Positions 1-13,614 of a DNA stretch of 64,000 nt are shown one piece after another (position 1 is the first letter of the stretch; each line of letters begins with the position of its first letter). Source of the DNA: Octopus vulgaris (Eukaryota). The stretch is from assembly GCA_951406725.2 (NCBI GenBank), contig OX597830.1, forward strand, positions 20,336,001 to 20,400,000, written 5' to 3'. A program made the position numbers and the translations under genes. The notes under the pieces were generated by a model. It did no database searches and had not been told where the DNA came from. It worked only from the letters and a program-made list of their open reading frames with translations.

Positions 1-560
1 ATGTATGTATGTTTGTATGTATGTATGTATGTATGTATGTATAATGTTTGATAAGTGAATTAGCACGAGACTCTTGACGTTGTGTCGTAGCATCTCGGTT
101 AATAAAAAAAGACTACATTTTGTTTCGTTTTGTGTATCTCCAGTGTGTAAAACCAAACACATACTAACATATCATACATAGAGATAAATACATACATACA
201 TACATACATACATACATACATACATACATACATACATACATACATACATACATACATACATACATACATACATACATACATACATACATACATACATACA
301 TACATACATACATACATACATACATACATACATACATACATACATACATACATACATACATACATGCGTACATGCATACATACATACATACATACATACA
401 TACATACATACATACATACATACATACATACATACATACATGCGTACATGCATACATACATACATACATACATACATACATACATACATACATACATACA
501 TACATACATACATACATGCGTACATGCATACATACATATATTCATACATACATACATGCG
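1..560. repeat. (ATGT)n/(TACA)n tetranucleotide microsatellite
   Basis: Long runs of tacatacata; explains the MYVC/HTYI ORFs. Confidence 0.98.
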
Positions 561-1619
561 TGCATACTGCGTGTGTCGGCGTTCTGTGGTGAGAGGCACA
601 GAGCGTTCCATCTAATTCATGGCAGAACAGCCAAGCATGAAACTGTTGAATATGTTATTGAGAGTAGGGAGGTGGAGAAAGTGATAGTCAGAGAGAGAGA
701 GAGAGAGAGTCAGAAAGAGAGACAGACAGACAGACAGAGAGACGAAGAGGGTGCGTGTGTAAGGGAAGACTAAGAAGGCAGACGAAGTCAGTCGACAGTA
801 ACAAGGAGAGAGGAAATGGCGTTAATTGCTTGTTGGAGATATAAAATTGCTGGTGATGGATAGTTATAGGGATGCGGTTTTGGTGGTGGTGGCGGCGGCG
901 GTGGTGTTGGTTTTGGTCATAAAGACAGTATTGGTGAATGTGGTGATGATGGTGATGACTTTCTTAGCAGTGATGATGATGATGATGGCGTCGGTGCTGG
1001 TAATAGCGACAGTATTAGAGAATGAGGTGGTGGTGCCAGTCGTTGTGGTGACGGTAGCGTGTTGGCAATAATGGTGTTGGCGGCGGTGACAGCGGCAGTT
1101 GCGGTAGTGGTGGTGGTGGTGGTGGTACTAATGATGATGATGATGATAACTGTCCTATCTTATTTTATATAGTAGTGATTACGTTATCCTATGTATTTTT
1201 CTATATTTAAGAAAAACTTTGTGCAATTTAAGAGAAATTTGGTTGCTATATCTAGCAGGTCAACTCAATGCGAAAAGGCATTTTGTTATTGTTTAGCCTC
1301 AACTCTTGTCAACCTTGTATGATCAAAGGCCTTCCAATTAAGATCATCACCTAGTTTTACAGGCTTATTAGACTAATTTGGCTTAATCCGTTGAGCTCCG
1401 GTTAGAATACATTGCGATATTTACATTAGCACTCTGAGTTCAAACTCTGCCGTGGCCACCTTTCCATATCATTCTTTTGGAGTTGATAAAAATAAAGTAC
1501 CGGTAAAGTATCAGGATCGATTCTTCCTCTGACTCTCTCTTTTTCACCAGAAACAGTTGACAGTATTCAGAGATGAACCACATCGTATGGCGCCTCTACG
1601 ACTCCGTCAAGGGTTACAA

Positions 1620-2200
1620 CCTAATACTATTAGTATGCTTCTTTCCAACCTATCCTCTGATGATGAAACAACCTTCAAAAGAACAGCTTCATATTACAAC
1701 GTCGCATTAGAACGATCAAATTTTAAGAAAAATATTACCTAAATCGAAACAAACTTAAGCGAAACAGACGTAAGCGCAGGAAATCTTTGAAGTATTATTC
1801 TACTTACTGTATGGTCGTGATTACAGCCACAGCTAGACGGTTTCTGAAACTTATAAGCATCCACTTTCTACGCTCACATAGATATCACAAGAGCTTTAAT
1901 AGAAACACAGTAAAAGTTAGCTACATTTGCTTTTCTAATATAGGTTCGATGACCTACAATCACAATAAGAACAATACATAAGAAACACACCACGCAGATC
2001 TTGTAACTATAGATCCCTCAATAATTGTCCTCTAAACAGTATGTGCCTGGAAAATCTGGCTTACGAGGCCAATATCACTGACATGCAAGAACTTACATCA
2101 GAGTGACTGGAAATACCTTTACGGAGAGATACATATTGTACTAGTCATCGTTTGGAGATAAGAATAAAAGTGCTGACAACCATTAAATAAACTAGAGCAT
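1620..2200 (+). pseudogene. Degenerate Penelope-like element ORF fragment (RT thumb/linker into GIY-YIG endonuclease)
   Basis: Frame-shifted pieces ISMLLSNLSSDDETTFKRTASYYNVALERSNFKKNIT, RFLKLISIHFLRSHRYHKSFNRNTVKVSYIC, SCNYRSLNNCPLNSMCLENLAYEA and TYIRVTGNTFTERY match, in order, the typical PLE C-terminal motifs (FNRNTVKVSYSC, CNCR..CPL, YIG.T). Confidence 0.75.
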
Positions 2201-2432
2201 CATACCTATGGCCAGGTAATATAAGAGACGAGATAGAAATTAAACATCGTAACATTAATAGTCATTGCATATCAATGACCTTAAAGTATGTTTGTAATGT
2301 TTGCTTCAGTTTTAAGTCTATCAATATTTGATCCTTACGATATTTAATTGTTATGGGTGAAAAAGGATTCAGAAATGAAATTACACTTACAGACTCATAA
2401 TGAAATACATATTGCTTACATATGTGTATGTT

Positions 2433-2479
<47 letters not shown>

Positions 2480-2542
2480 GCGTGCGTGCGTGCGTGCGTG
2501 TATAAATGTATGTGTGTATGTATGCTTATATATATGATATAT

Positions 2543-2672
2543 TGGCCGAGGTCGGCCAAGGTCAATAAATTAAGTACCAGTTACGCACTGGTGTTGATGT
2601 AATCGACTTAATTCGTTTGTCTGTCCTTGTTTGTCCCCTCTGTGTTTAGCCCCTTGTGGGTAGTAAAGAAAT
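2543..2672 (+). mobile_element. SINE family A, 3' fragment
   Basis: Matches the body and tail of the copies at 19988 and 23961 (taaattaagtaccagttacgcactgg...ccccttgtgggtagtaaagaaata). Confidence 0.85.
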
Positions 2673-2702
2673 ATATATATAGAGAGAGAGAGAAGGAAGA
2701 GA

Positions 2703-2742
<40 letters not shown>

Positions 2743-3282
2743 TATTAATACATATACAAGCAAAATAGCTGGCTGTAGAATCTCAAGAAGAAATCAGAGT
2801 AGTAACTTAACTAACAAGTAAAATTAATCGCCACATCAAAGGTAGATAGCTAGATAGACAGGTAAATAGAAAGATAGAGAGAGAGAGAGGGGTGAGAGAG
2901 ATAAAGAAAAAGAGATAATCCCTACATGCGTATTTTCGTATAAGCGTGTCCTTGGGTTTTTGTGGTTAAGCAATAATCTTATCCATATACCCATAGATGT
3001 GTATACATAGACATACAGAGTGCGGGAAATGAGTCTGTATGGGGCTTTGTGTTTAAGTATGTGCATATGCGTGTATTTGCACGCGCACACACACACACAC
3101 ACACACACACATGTATACAGTGTTCCCTCTTTGTAAGGTGTCTCGCTATACCGCATTCCCGCATATAACGCGGGTGGCTTGATGGAACCCAAATAATTTG
3201 AAGCAGAATTTCCCTCATTATGGCTCACAACTTGCAAAAATTTGAAGCAGAATTTGAGCAAATTTCAACGATATACATATCT

Positions 3283-4016
3283 CATCGACCCCGAAAGGAT
3301 GAAAGGCAAAGTCGACCTCGGCGGAATTTTAAATCAGAACGTAAAGACAGACGAAATACCTATTTCTTTACTACCCACAAGGGGCTAAACACAGAGAGGA
3401 CAAACAAGGACAGACAAACGGATTAAGTCGATCATATCGACCCCAGTGCATAACTGGTACTTATTTAATCGACCCCGAAAGGATTAAAGGCAAAGTCGAC
3501 CTCGGCGGAATTTTAAATCAGAACGTAAAGACAGACAAAATACCTATTTCTTTACTACCCACAAGGGGCTAAACACAGAGGAGACAAACAAGGACAGACG
3601 GATTAAGTCAATTATATCGACCCCCAGTGCGTAACTGGTACTTAATTTATCGACCTTATCGATCCCGAAAGGATGAAAAGCAAAGTCGACCTCGGCGGAA
3701 TTTGAACTCAGAACGTAACGCTAGACAAAATACGGCTACGCATTTCGCCCGGCGTGCTAACGGTTCTGCCAGCTCACCACCCTTAATAATATAAATATAT
3801 TCTTTTCTACTATAGGCACAAGGCTCGAAATTTGGTTGGAGCGGGGCCAGTCGATTAGATCGACCCCAGTACACAAAAGGTACTTAATGTATCAACCCCG
3901 AAAGAATGAAAGGCAAAGTCGACCTCAGCGGAATTTGAACTCAGAACGTAACGACAGACGAAATAACGCTAAGCATTTCGCCCGGCGTGCTAACGTTTCG
4001 GCCAGGTCAACGCCTT
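3283..4016 (-). mobile_element. Cluster of SINE family A: tandem ~185-bp head-truncated units plus a further copy
   Basis: The motif gaccccgaaaggatgaaaggcaaagtcgacctcggcggaatt recurs near 3287, 3471, 3661 and 3893; tRNA-like heads near 3783 and 4016. Confidence 0.9.
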
Positions 4017-4314
4017 GCTGGTTTGTAATATTAGTAATATTAGTATTTCAAGTTTACATTTGCAGGTCTTATATTTCTGTCACTTTTCAAATTTGTTGGG
4101 GTTTACTTCGTTTCCCTGTTTCCCCCACTCTCCCCTCCAGCTCTGTATTGTATTTGTGTATTTATCTATCTGTTTATTCAGTATCTTTATTGTGTTTCCA
4201 TAGATGATACCTCTTGATAATTACATTATTCGCCATTCTCTCCTGTGGGCGAGTTTTGAACATTTGAAACACGTCTTTCATTATGTATGCATATGCGTGT
4301 GTGTGTGTGAGAGA

Positions 4315-4358
<44 letters not shown>

Positions 4359-4439
4359 AAATATATATATATACTGATGTTTCTATTTATTTAAGTACAT
4401 AGACAGACAAATAGATAGATTGATAGAAAGATGTACAAT

Positions 4440-4503
4440 GTGTACGTATAAATGACTTTATATGGGGCGTGTCTACATGTGTATGCGCATGTAAATGTGT
4501 ATG

Positions 4504-4585
<82 letters not shown>

Positions 4586-5516
4586 ATGTATGTCTATGTA
4601 TGTATGTCTATGTATGTATGTCTATAAATATATATATATATATATAAATGTATAAATGTGTATGTATGTCTATATATATATATATATATGAATGTATAAA
4701 TGTGTATATATGTATACATACATACATGTGTGTGTTTGTGTGATTACACACAAATTATCTCATAAACTTTGCATATGCCATATCTGCTTGTTAATTTAAT
4801 GTAGTTAATCACTATGGTATGAAAATAATTCAGAAATAAAATTGCATCTGCAGACTCAAGCGCGTATGTATGTGTGTATATATGTATTTATGTATGTATG
4901 TATGTATGTATGTATGTATGAATGTATCTTTATATGCATGTATGTATGTATGTGTGTATGTATGTGTGTATGTATGTATGTGTGTATGTATGTACGTATG
5001 TGTATATGTATGTCTGTATGTATGTATGTATGTATGTATGTATGTATGTATGCATGCATGCATGTATGTATGTATGTATGTATGTATGTATGTATGTATG
5101 TATGTACGTATGTATGTATGCATGCATGCATGTATGTATGTATGCATGTATGTATGTATGTACGTATTTATGTAAGTATGTATGCATGGATGCTTGTATG
5201 CATGCATCTATGTATGTATGTATGTATATATGCATGTATGTATGCATGTATATATGCATGTATGTATGTATGCATGTATGTATGTATGTATGTATGTATC
5301 TTTGCATGTATGTATATATGTATGTACGTATGTATGTATGTATGCATGCATGTATGTATATATGTATGTATGTATGTATGTATATATGTATGCATGTATG
5401 TATGTATGTATTTATGTATGTATGCATGGATACTTGTATGCATGCATCTATGTATGTATGTATGTATGTATGTATGTATGTATGCATGCACGTATGCATA
5501 TATGCATGTATGTATT
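4440..5516. repeat. (TA)n and (ATGT)n microsatellite block
   Basis: Direct inspection. Confidence 0.97.
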
Positions 5517-5518
5517 TA

Positions 5519-6365
5519 CGAGGGGGTACCCAAGAGCAACTGGAAACGTTCTCTGTGGGACAAATCCGTCGTTTTTCAGGCTTCCGCCGGTAGAAGCCAC
5601 TTGATGCGACCCTCAGGCATCAATATACCGACTTGCGTCGTTGAGGGCAGTCCTACAACCATTTGGTGCATCTTTGTTTTGCAGTGCTTTTCCCCTGTTC
5701 GACGATTTTTGCAGTAGCATAAAAACGAAGGAACAGCGTGCTTCTGTGAAAATTCCGATTCCCGCTGGGGAAAACGGCTTACAAGGACGCTGCCATGAGC
5801 AAAGCATAAGTTTACGAGTAGTTCTCACGCTTTAGGAATGGTCACTTGTCACTTAAAGACCAACTTCGTTCAGGCCGTCTGTCGACCTCTCAATGAAAGC
5901 ATGAAAATTCGTGAACTGGTCTTGGAGGATCGTCACTGAACATTTGACGCACTTGTTGATATGACTGGTTTGTCCTGGGCTCCTGCCAACGAATTTTGAG
6001 CAAGGGTTTGTGAATGAAAAGAGTTACAGCAAAATTTGTGCCTCGTTTGCTCGAGGAAGATCAAAAGCAGTCACGACTGAATGTGTATTGTGAACTGAAA
6101 GAACAGTTGGAAATTGACCCGGACCTTTTCAAGCAGGTGCTACGGAATTTTCAAATGTGGAAGAGGTGTTGCAAAAAACGACGGAGGCATTAAAAGGCAT
6201 CACTTCGCGAGAATTCCAGCACTGTTACGAATGGTGGAAAACCCGCTTGAACTGTTGCATTGCTTAAAAGGGAGAATACTTTGAAGGCGATAAAAATGTA
6301 AGCTTGTAAAACTAAGCGAATAGAATAATATTGTAAAATCCCGCTTTCTTTTGAGCAACTCCGCG
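5519..6365 (+). mobile_element. Internally deleted mariner element (irritans/Hsmar2-like termini)
   Basis: TA|cgagggggtacccaagag ... ttttgagcaactccgcg|TA imperfect TIRs. Translated relics MKRVTAKFVPRLLEEDQKQSRLNVYCELKEQLEIDPDLF and EFQHCYEWWKTRLNCCIA*KGEYFEGDK; catalytic core missing. Confidence 0.85.
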
Positions 6366-6399
6366 TATGTATGGAGGTACGTGTCCCTAAATTGGTTTA

Positions 6400-7190
6400 A
6401 TTGTGAAGTATTGGTGTTTCTCTAATAATACTTAAAGCTAAGAATGTTCCCCTATGTAGATTGCGTCAGTTACCAAAGTTAGTGTTATATGATACGTAGA
6501 TATGACATCCACACTGAGTCATTATTTTTTTTAATAAACCATCCTGTTCATCTCGTGGTTGTTTTTAAAATATGGACGTAGGTGTTTCTTTACAGTATAG
6601 CTGTTCAAATGCTCACCGAATATTTCATCAATGCTCCGAGCTGTTTCACCTGTATAACTTACCAGGAAGTTAACAAATAATACTTCTTATATTATACTGT
6701 ATACCATATTTCTTACTTTGCCGTTAATATGTCGGTTCGTGATACACAGGTTAGGAATTTTTTCCGGGTGTGCCTTTTAAAACGATAACACTTATAAATA
6801 ATTCACCTGATGTTCCCATTTGTATTTTTTCACTATTTGAATTCCTAAAACTGTTAGCCCTTGCACTACTGGGTATAGCATATACACGTTTTACGCAATC
6901 AACATATGTCTCTTGGTATACCGTGTACTATAATGATGATTTTACTTACACTTTCAAAGATTTGTTTCGATGTAAAGGTTATACAGCGTCTACCACATAT
7001 TAAAGAGTCATTTTATACTTGTCCATTTTGAACACTCTGAATGTATTATTTCTTCAGCGGGAAGCAGATAACTGCATGGTTAAGTAAAACTCCTTGGATA
7101 TTCTTCCATCAATCTTGTGAGTGGAATATTTACGTTTCTCACATTTTCCCACGTTATGTACACTCGGTCGGCCATTAGGATGAATGAAAT
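6400..7190 (-). pseudogene. Highly degenerate Penelope-like GIY-YIG endonuclease remnant
   Basis: Minus strand 6731-6604 reads HINGKVRNMVYSII*EV ... SYTGETARSIDEIFGEHL, fitting the PLE pattern INC.S.NVVY.I.C..C...YIGET.R.L..RF.EH. Outer boundaries uncertain. Confidence 0.6.
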
Positions 7191-7529
7191 ATCACTAGCC
7201 AAACAAGTACAACACCGATATATATGCGTTTATGTGTGTGTGATATGTATGAGTATGATGTATGGTGTGTGCGTGTGTGTGTACATATACATACCTACGT
7301 TCATATAAAGATGCGTGTGAAATATCTTTATACATATGAATATATATTAACACACACAAACACGCACGTCACGCGCGCGCACACACACACATATACATAA
7401 AAATAACTCAAAACCCAGAAAAGTACTGAACTTAACGACTGGTCAGTATCCTCTGTCACTTGTGTGACCATTATTCATTTTGCCTTTACGTTCTAATTGC
7501 TGATAAGCTACCTTTTTATTTGTTATATA

Positions 7530-7600
<71 letters not shown>

Positions 7601-7605
<5 letters not shown>

Positions 7606-7750
7606 TGCAGCGTGGAAGGTGTTTGTAAGCCATTTAAGAAACGCACAAAAGCCGTTCGATTCACTTCAACATTTAAGTTTAATTCGTCGCTATAAGACCG
7701 CGACCTGTTCACTGACAAAAACCCGTGCTGCATCTGAGAAAGTAACAGTT
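7601..7750 (-). mobile_element. Short element in (TA)n with partial hammerhead-like fold (GUGAACA core)
   Basis: Unique ~150 bp flanked by (TA)n; minus strand ttgtca GTGAACA g gtcgc ggtcttata gcgac GAA. Confidence 0.45.
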
Positions 7751-7904
7751 AGTTCGTTATATATATGTACGTATGTATGTGTGTATGTATGTAAACACGC
7801 ATGTATGCATGCATGCATGTATGTATGTATGTATGTATGTATGTATGTATGTATGTATGTATGTATGTATGTATGTATGTATTACGTACGTACGTACGCC
7901 TTAT

Positions 7905-8032
7905 ATAAAATACAAAATGGGACAAGAACGCAAAACATCCAGATAGACGATACAAAGAAAATAAAGACGGGTCATTCGAAGTTTTCTTTCCTCAGTCAAG
8001 TACCAGATTATCTTCGCAATTTCGGCTGGTTA
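7905..8032 (-). mobile_element. Short (TA)n-embedded repeat, same family as the 8414-8755 palindrome arms
   Basis: Shares cgaaat...tctggtacttgactga(g/t)gaaagaaa...gaatgac with 8427-8480. Confidence 0.6.
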
Positions 8033-8229
8033 TATATATATATATATATATATACTTCTAATATAGGATAAATTTTTTTCCCAAAAAATTTCATCAAAGT
8101 GGCCACCATTATTAGAATACCTTTAAAGGTGAAAAGGGCAAAAGAAAAAAGATTTCTATACCAATATGCTAACAATAGACTTTAAATCGTGATTGACGAT
8201 ATACATCATGTTAAATCTTTAATCTCCAT

Positions 8230-8410
8230 ACATTTGTTTTCTCTTCGTTTATTTCTAACTCTCTCTATTTTTTCTTTTCTAATTTTTTTTTGTCTCATCC
8301 CTTTCAGTCGAGGAGCGATGGTTCGAAACGTCAAAGACTTTTCCATTCTTCCTGAGCGTGAAACTAATACACCTGCTTTTTGTTCTCACACCTGTCTTCG
8401 TCTGTTGTAC
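8230..8410 (+). mobile_element. Penelope pLTR-like short element with degenerate minimal hammerhead (family H)
   Basis: cttt CAGTCGA g gagc gatg gttc GAAA cg TC aaag at 8301-8336; downstream sequence homologous to 57313-57449 (minus). Confidence 0.6.
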
Positions 8411-8413
8411 CAT

Positions 8414-8545
8414 CTCATACTAACTGTCGAAATGGTCGTGACTTCTGGTACTTGACTGATGAAAGAAAGCCAAGAATGACTCATTTTTTTTGCCTGTCTT
8501 TCTTTTTTCTTTTTCCAACGTTTATGCCTCTATTGCGTTTTTGTT

Positions 8546-8613
<68 letters not shown>

Positions 8614-8752
8614 AACAAAAACGCAATAGAGGGCATGTTCGGCGGAAAAGAGAAACAACAATTAGAAAGACAGGCAAAAGAAAAATGAGTCATTCTTGGC
8701 TTTTTTCATCAGTCAAGTACCAGAAGTCACGACCATTTCAGACAGTTACGTA

Positions 8753-8755
<3 letters not shown>
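8414..8755. repeat. ~135-bp inverted repeat arms around a central (TA)n
   Basis: tcatactaactgtcgaaatggtcgtgacttctggtacttgactgatga...gcgtttttgttcca (TA)n tggaacaaaaacgc...tcatcagtcaagtaccagaagtcacgaccatttcagacagttacgtatga. Confidence 0.9.
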
Positions 8756-8808
<53 letters not shown>

Positions 8809-8844
8809 ATATGTATGTATATATATATATATATATATATATCC

Positions 8845-8875
<31 letters not shown>

Positions 8876-9004
8876 ATGTATGTATGTATGTATGCATGTA
8901 TATACACACACATAATGTGCCTATAGTGCATAGACACACACACACATGCATACATACATACAAACATACATACATACATATAATACAAATATCTATATAT
9001 ATTC

Positions 9005-9238
9005 TTTTATTTGTTTCAGTGATGTGATTGTGGCAATGCTGGAGTACCGCCATAAAGGGATTTAGTCGAATGTATGGAACCCACGACATATTCTTTGTAA
9101 GACTAGTACTTATTCAATCGTTCTGTTTTATCGAACCCTCCTTAAGTTTCAGGGACACACTAGCTTCGGTTGTCAAGCGATGGCAGAGTGACACAAAGAC
9201 ACATTCACATACATACATACTTACAGACATACATACAT

Positions 9239-9301
<63 letters not shown>

Positions 9302-9450
9302 TATATGCATGCATATATATATATATATATACGACAGGTTTCTTTCAGTTTTCTATCTACCAAATCTACTCACAGACCTTTCGTCAGTCCAGTGAGACTG
9401 AACTCGGAACCATGTAGTTGGGAAGCAAGCTTCTTACCACACAGCCATGC
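9005..9450 (-). mobile_element. SINE family B (diverged copy)
   Basis: Homologous to 28224-28658, including the internal microsatellite and the ggctgtgtggtaag head. Confidence 0.8.
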
Positions 9451-9801
9451 CTGCTCTCTCTCTCTCTATATATATATACATATATTAATATGTATACATA
9501 TATGTGGATGCCAATTATATATATATATATATAAATACTAAATATGTCCATGTATATTATATATATAAAATATATATAGGTATAAAGATATATATATATA
9601 TATTTAGTTATACGTAGATACATATCAATACACAAGCGCACACAAAGACACAGACGCATACAGACACACACACACATGCGTGGGTGAGTGTGTATGTGTG
9701 TTAAGTAATTCTTTAGGTTAGCAAATTAAGCTCATATCCATACGTACAAAGTATGCCATCCATACATATACATATTGCATAAACGCATACACACAAGCAC
9801 A

Positions 9802-9877
<76 letters not shown>

Positions 9878-10423
9878 AACACACACATGTATATATATAT
9901 ATGTGCATACATACGTATATATATATTTCTATATATACATGCATACATAGAGGGGATAGTGAGAGGGGGTGGAGAACGATAGGGAAGGTGAAGTGTTTTC
10001 ATAGTTTTAGCCTCCCATCCTGGGTCACGGTGAAGTAACCAGTTGATTGGACTAAGGATCAATATTAACGCAGACATAATGGCTAGCAGATCTCTTTAAT
10101 GAAAGAACCAAACACCTCAACCTTTCGCTTCTTCACCAATTTCCATCTCTCTCTCCAATCCCCCCACGACCACCACCGCCACCACCGCTTCTCATTCTCT
10201 CGGCATCGCTTTATCTGTCTATATATCTCCTGTTATACACAAACACAAACACACACACACAGACACAAACACATACACACGCAAGCACGCGCGCGCACAC
10301 ACACATACATACATACATACATACATATACATATATACACACACTGCAATTCATACATATGCATCTTTACTCACATCCGTAACAAACACAATAATAAATC
10401 TCACAGTATGCGCGTGTGTGTGT

Positions 10424-10466
<43 letters not shown>

Positions 10467-10528
10467 TATACACACACTAACACTCATACATACATACATG
10501 CATACATAAATACATGCATACATACATA

Positions 10529-10569
<41 letters not shown>

Positions 10570-10684
10570 AAAGTATTATATTATATAACATACTATAGCC
10601 GTAATACATAGATTTATTATGTGTGTATACACGAGTCAATTTTATACATACATACATATATATATATACATACATACACATACG

Positions 10685-10723
<39 letters not shown>

Positions 10724-10731
10724 GTATATAC

Positions 10732-10764
<33 letters not shown>

Positions 10765-10864
10765 GATATGTATAAGTATGTATACATATATATGTATGTA
10801 TAAGTATATATATATACATCTATACTTTTATACATATTGAAACATTATTTCTAAATCTCTCTCA

Positions 10865-11020
<156 letters not shown>

Positions 11021-11433
11021 GCATGCCCGCGCGCCTGTGCGTGTGTGTGTGCGTGCTTTTCTTGTGAAACAAAAAACATTTTATATTATCATATCCTACA
11101 CATGCTTATGTATGTGTATATGCATATATACACATACATACACACAGACAGATAGATAGTTAGATGGATAGATAGAAGAGAGTGTCTATTTTTTTCTGTG
11201 TACACATACACACACACGCACACACACACGCACACACACATATATATATATATGTACATATTAACACATATATATTCATACTTTCATATACTTACATATA
11301 TACTTACATAATTTCATACATACATACATACATTCACACACACATACATATATACATTCCACACGTCCTCACATCCTATGCATTCAGTCGTCAAACTCAC
11401 ATCTTCCTAACACTATATACACACACACATACA

Positions 11434-11512
<79 letters not shown>

Positions 11513-11991
11513 CTCATATTTGCACAAACATCTCCACCACCACCCCCCATTCGCTCCCCACCACAACGACGACCACGACAACCACGATCACTCTCACCAC
11601 CACCACCGCCACCACCACCACCGCCGCCACCACCACCACCGCCGCCACCACCACCTGCGTTGTTATGACATCAGAGTGTCAAGCAAACCATGAACGCTTC
11701 ATCCTAGCACCGCCGCGTCATGGGACCCCATGGTGGGATTATCTGTTTGGGGGATGGTACTCGACTGTGCTACATGGGGCGGTAAGCTGATTTGCTACAT
11801 GGGGAGAAGTGCTACATAAGCATCGTTCACAAAACCCCCGCTCCCTTTCCTTCTGTTCCCCTTCGTCCTCCTCCTCCTCCTCCTCCTCTTCTTCTTCCTT
11901 TTCTACTTTTCTTATTCTTTTCTTTTTTTGTTTGTTTCACACCCTCTCTCTTACTCTCTCTTATTTCCAGTTTCCCTCTCTCTCTCTCTCT

Positions 11992-12022
<31 letters not shown>

Positions 12023-12137
12023 TTGTGAGGGAGAGACAGAGAGTGAGAGAGAGATCGTCCCCACTACCACCACCTTTACACAAACCATAAATATATATAT
12101 ATATATGTGTGTGTATGTGTGTGTCTGTATACAGATG

Positions 12138-12178
<41 letters not shown>

Positions 12179-12208
12179 GTATATACACACGCACACACAT
12201 ATATAAAT

Positions 12209-12274
<66 letters not shown>

Positions 12275-12288
12275 TATACAATTATTCA

Positions 12289-12323
<35 letters not shown>

Positions 12324-12347
12324 GCATATACATATAGATAGATAGAC

Positions 12348-12395
<48 letters not shown>

Positions 12396-12584
12396 ACATA
12401 TAGATAGACATAGAGAAATATGAATGTGTATGTTTATGTGTATATGTTTGTGTGTGTGTCTAATTCTCCACCACTATCTTTCCTCTCTTTACTTTCTCTT
12501 TCTATTTTGTTATTCTACTCTGTCTTTCTCTTTCATTCTATTTCCCTCTCCCTTTCCTCTCTCTCTCTCTCTCTCTCTCTCTGG

Positions 12585-12616
<32 letters not shown>

Positions 12617-13146
12617 TTCTTTCTCCATTTCCTCTTCAATTCATATTTACACCAATATCCCCCCCCCACCTAACATTCTCCTACAACACCAGCCACCCTC
12701 ATCACAACCACCACCACCACCACCACAATCACCATCACCATCACCACCACCACCACCACTCCCATCACCGTAGCCATCATCCCCTACACATCACCACCAT
12801 CATTCCACTCCTACAACCACCACCATCACCACCACCATCACTCCAACATCTTCCATCCTATACACATCGCCCTCACTACCACCACCTCAGCACAAACCAT
12901 TCCCTAATTAGTTCAATGAGAGGTATCGCTTGTTTACCCTTAAATGCCACTGTTTAAGAGGGGTTGGTGAGGAGATGGTGGTGGTTGTAATGGTAGTGAT
13001 GGTTCTCTTATGAGAAGGGATCGGGGTGGGAAGGGTGTTTTACCAATATTAGGGGTAGGTAGCAGGGTGGTTAGGGTGGTGACATTGATGCACCATTGTG
13101 GGGTAGGGTTAAAATTATTGTTGCTTACATTGGTGTGGGGGAAGGG

Positions 13147-13179
<33 letters not shown>

Positions 13180-13319
13180 GGCATTGACGATGGTGTCGGT
13201 GGTGGTTTCTAGTTGCGGGGTGGTTGTGGTGGTGGTGGCGGTATTGATGATGGTGTCGGTGGTGGTTGTAGTTGCGGGGTGGTTGTAGTAGTGTGAGTAG
13301 ATGTTGTCGGTGGCGGCGG

Positions 13320-13583
13320 TGGTAGTAGTGATGGTAGAAGCGTTGTTGCTGTTGCTGTTGTTGTTGTTGGTGGTGGTGGTGGTGATGGAGGCGGTGGTGG
13401 TGGTATTGATATTGGTATTACTGGTATAGGTGTTAGTATTGTTGATGGTGCTGGTGTTGGCGTTGTTTGTTGTTGCGGTGATGTTGGGGTTATTGTTTAG
13501 AGTGTTGGTCTTATCATTATTGCTGTTGTTGTTGTTGCTGTTGTCTTTATTGTTGGTGGTGTTGTTGTTCGTGGTGGTGGTGG

Positions 13584-13614
<31 letters not shown>

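Noticed and set aside
8427-8480. CTGATGA and GAAA motifs in the palindrome family as a hammerhead
   Set aside because: Could not close stems II and III in either permutation by eye.
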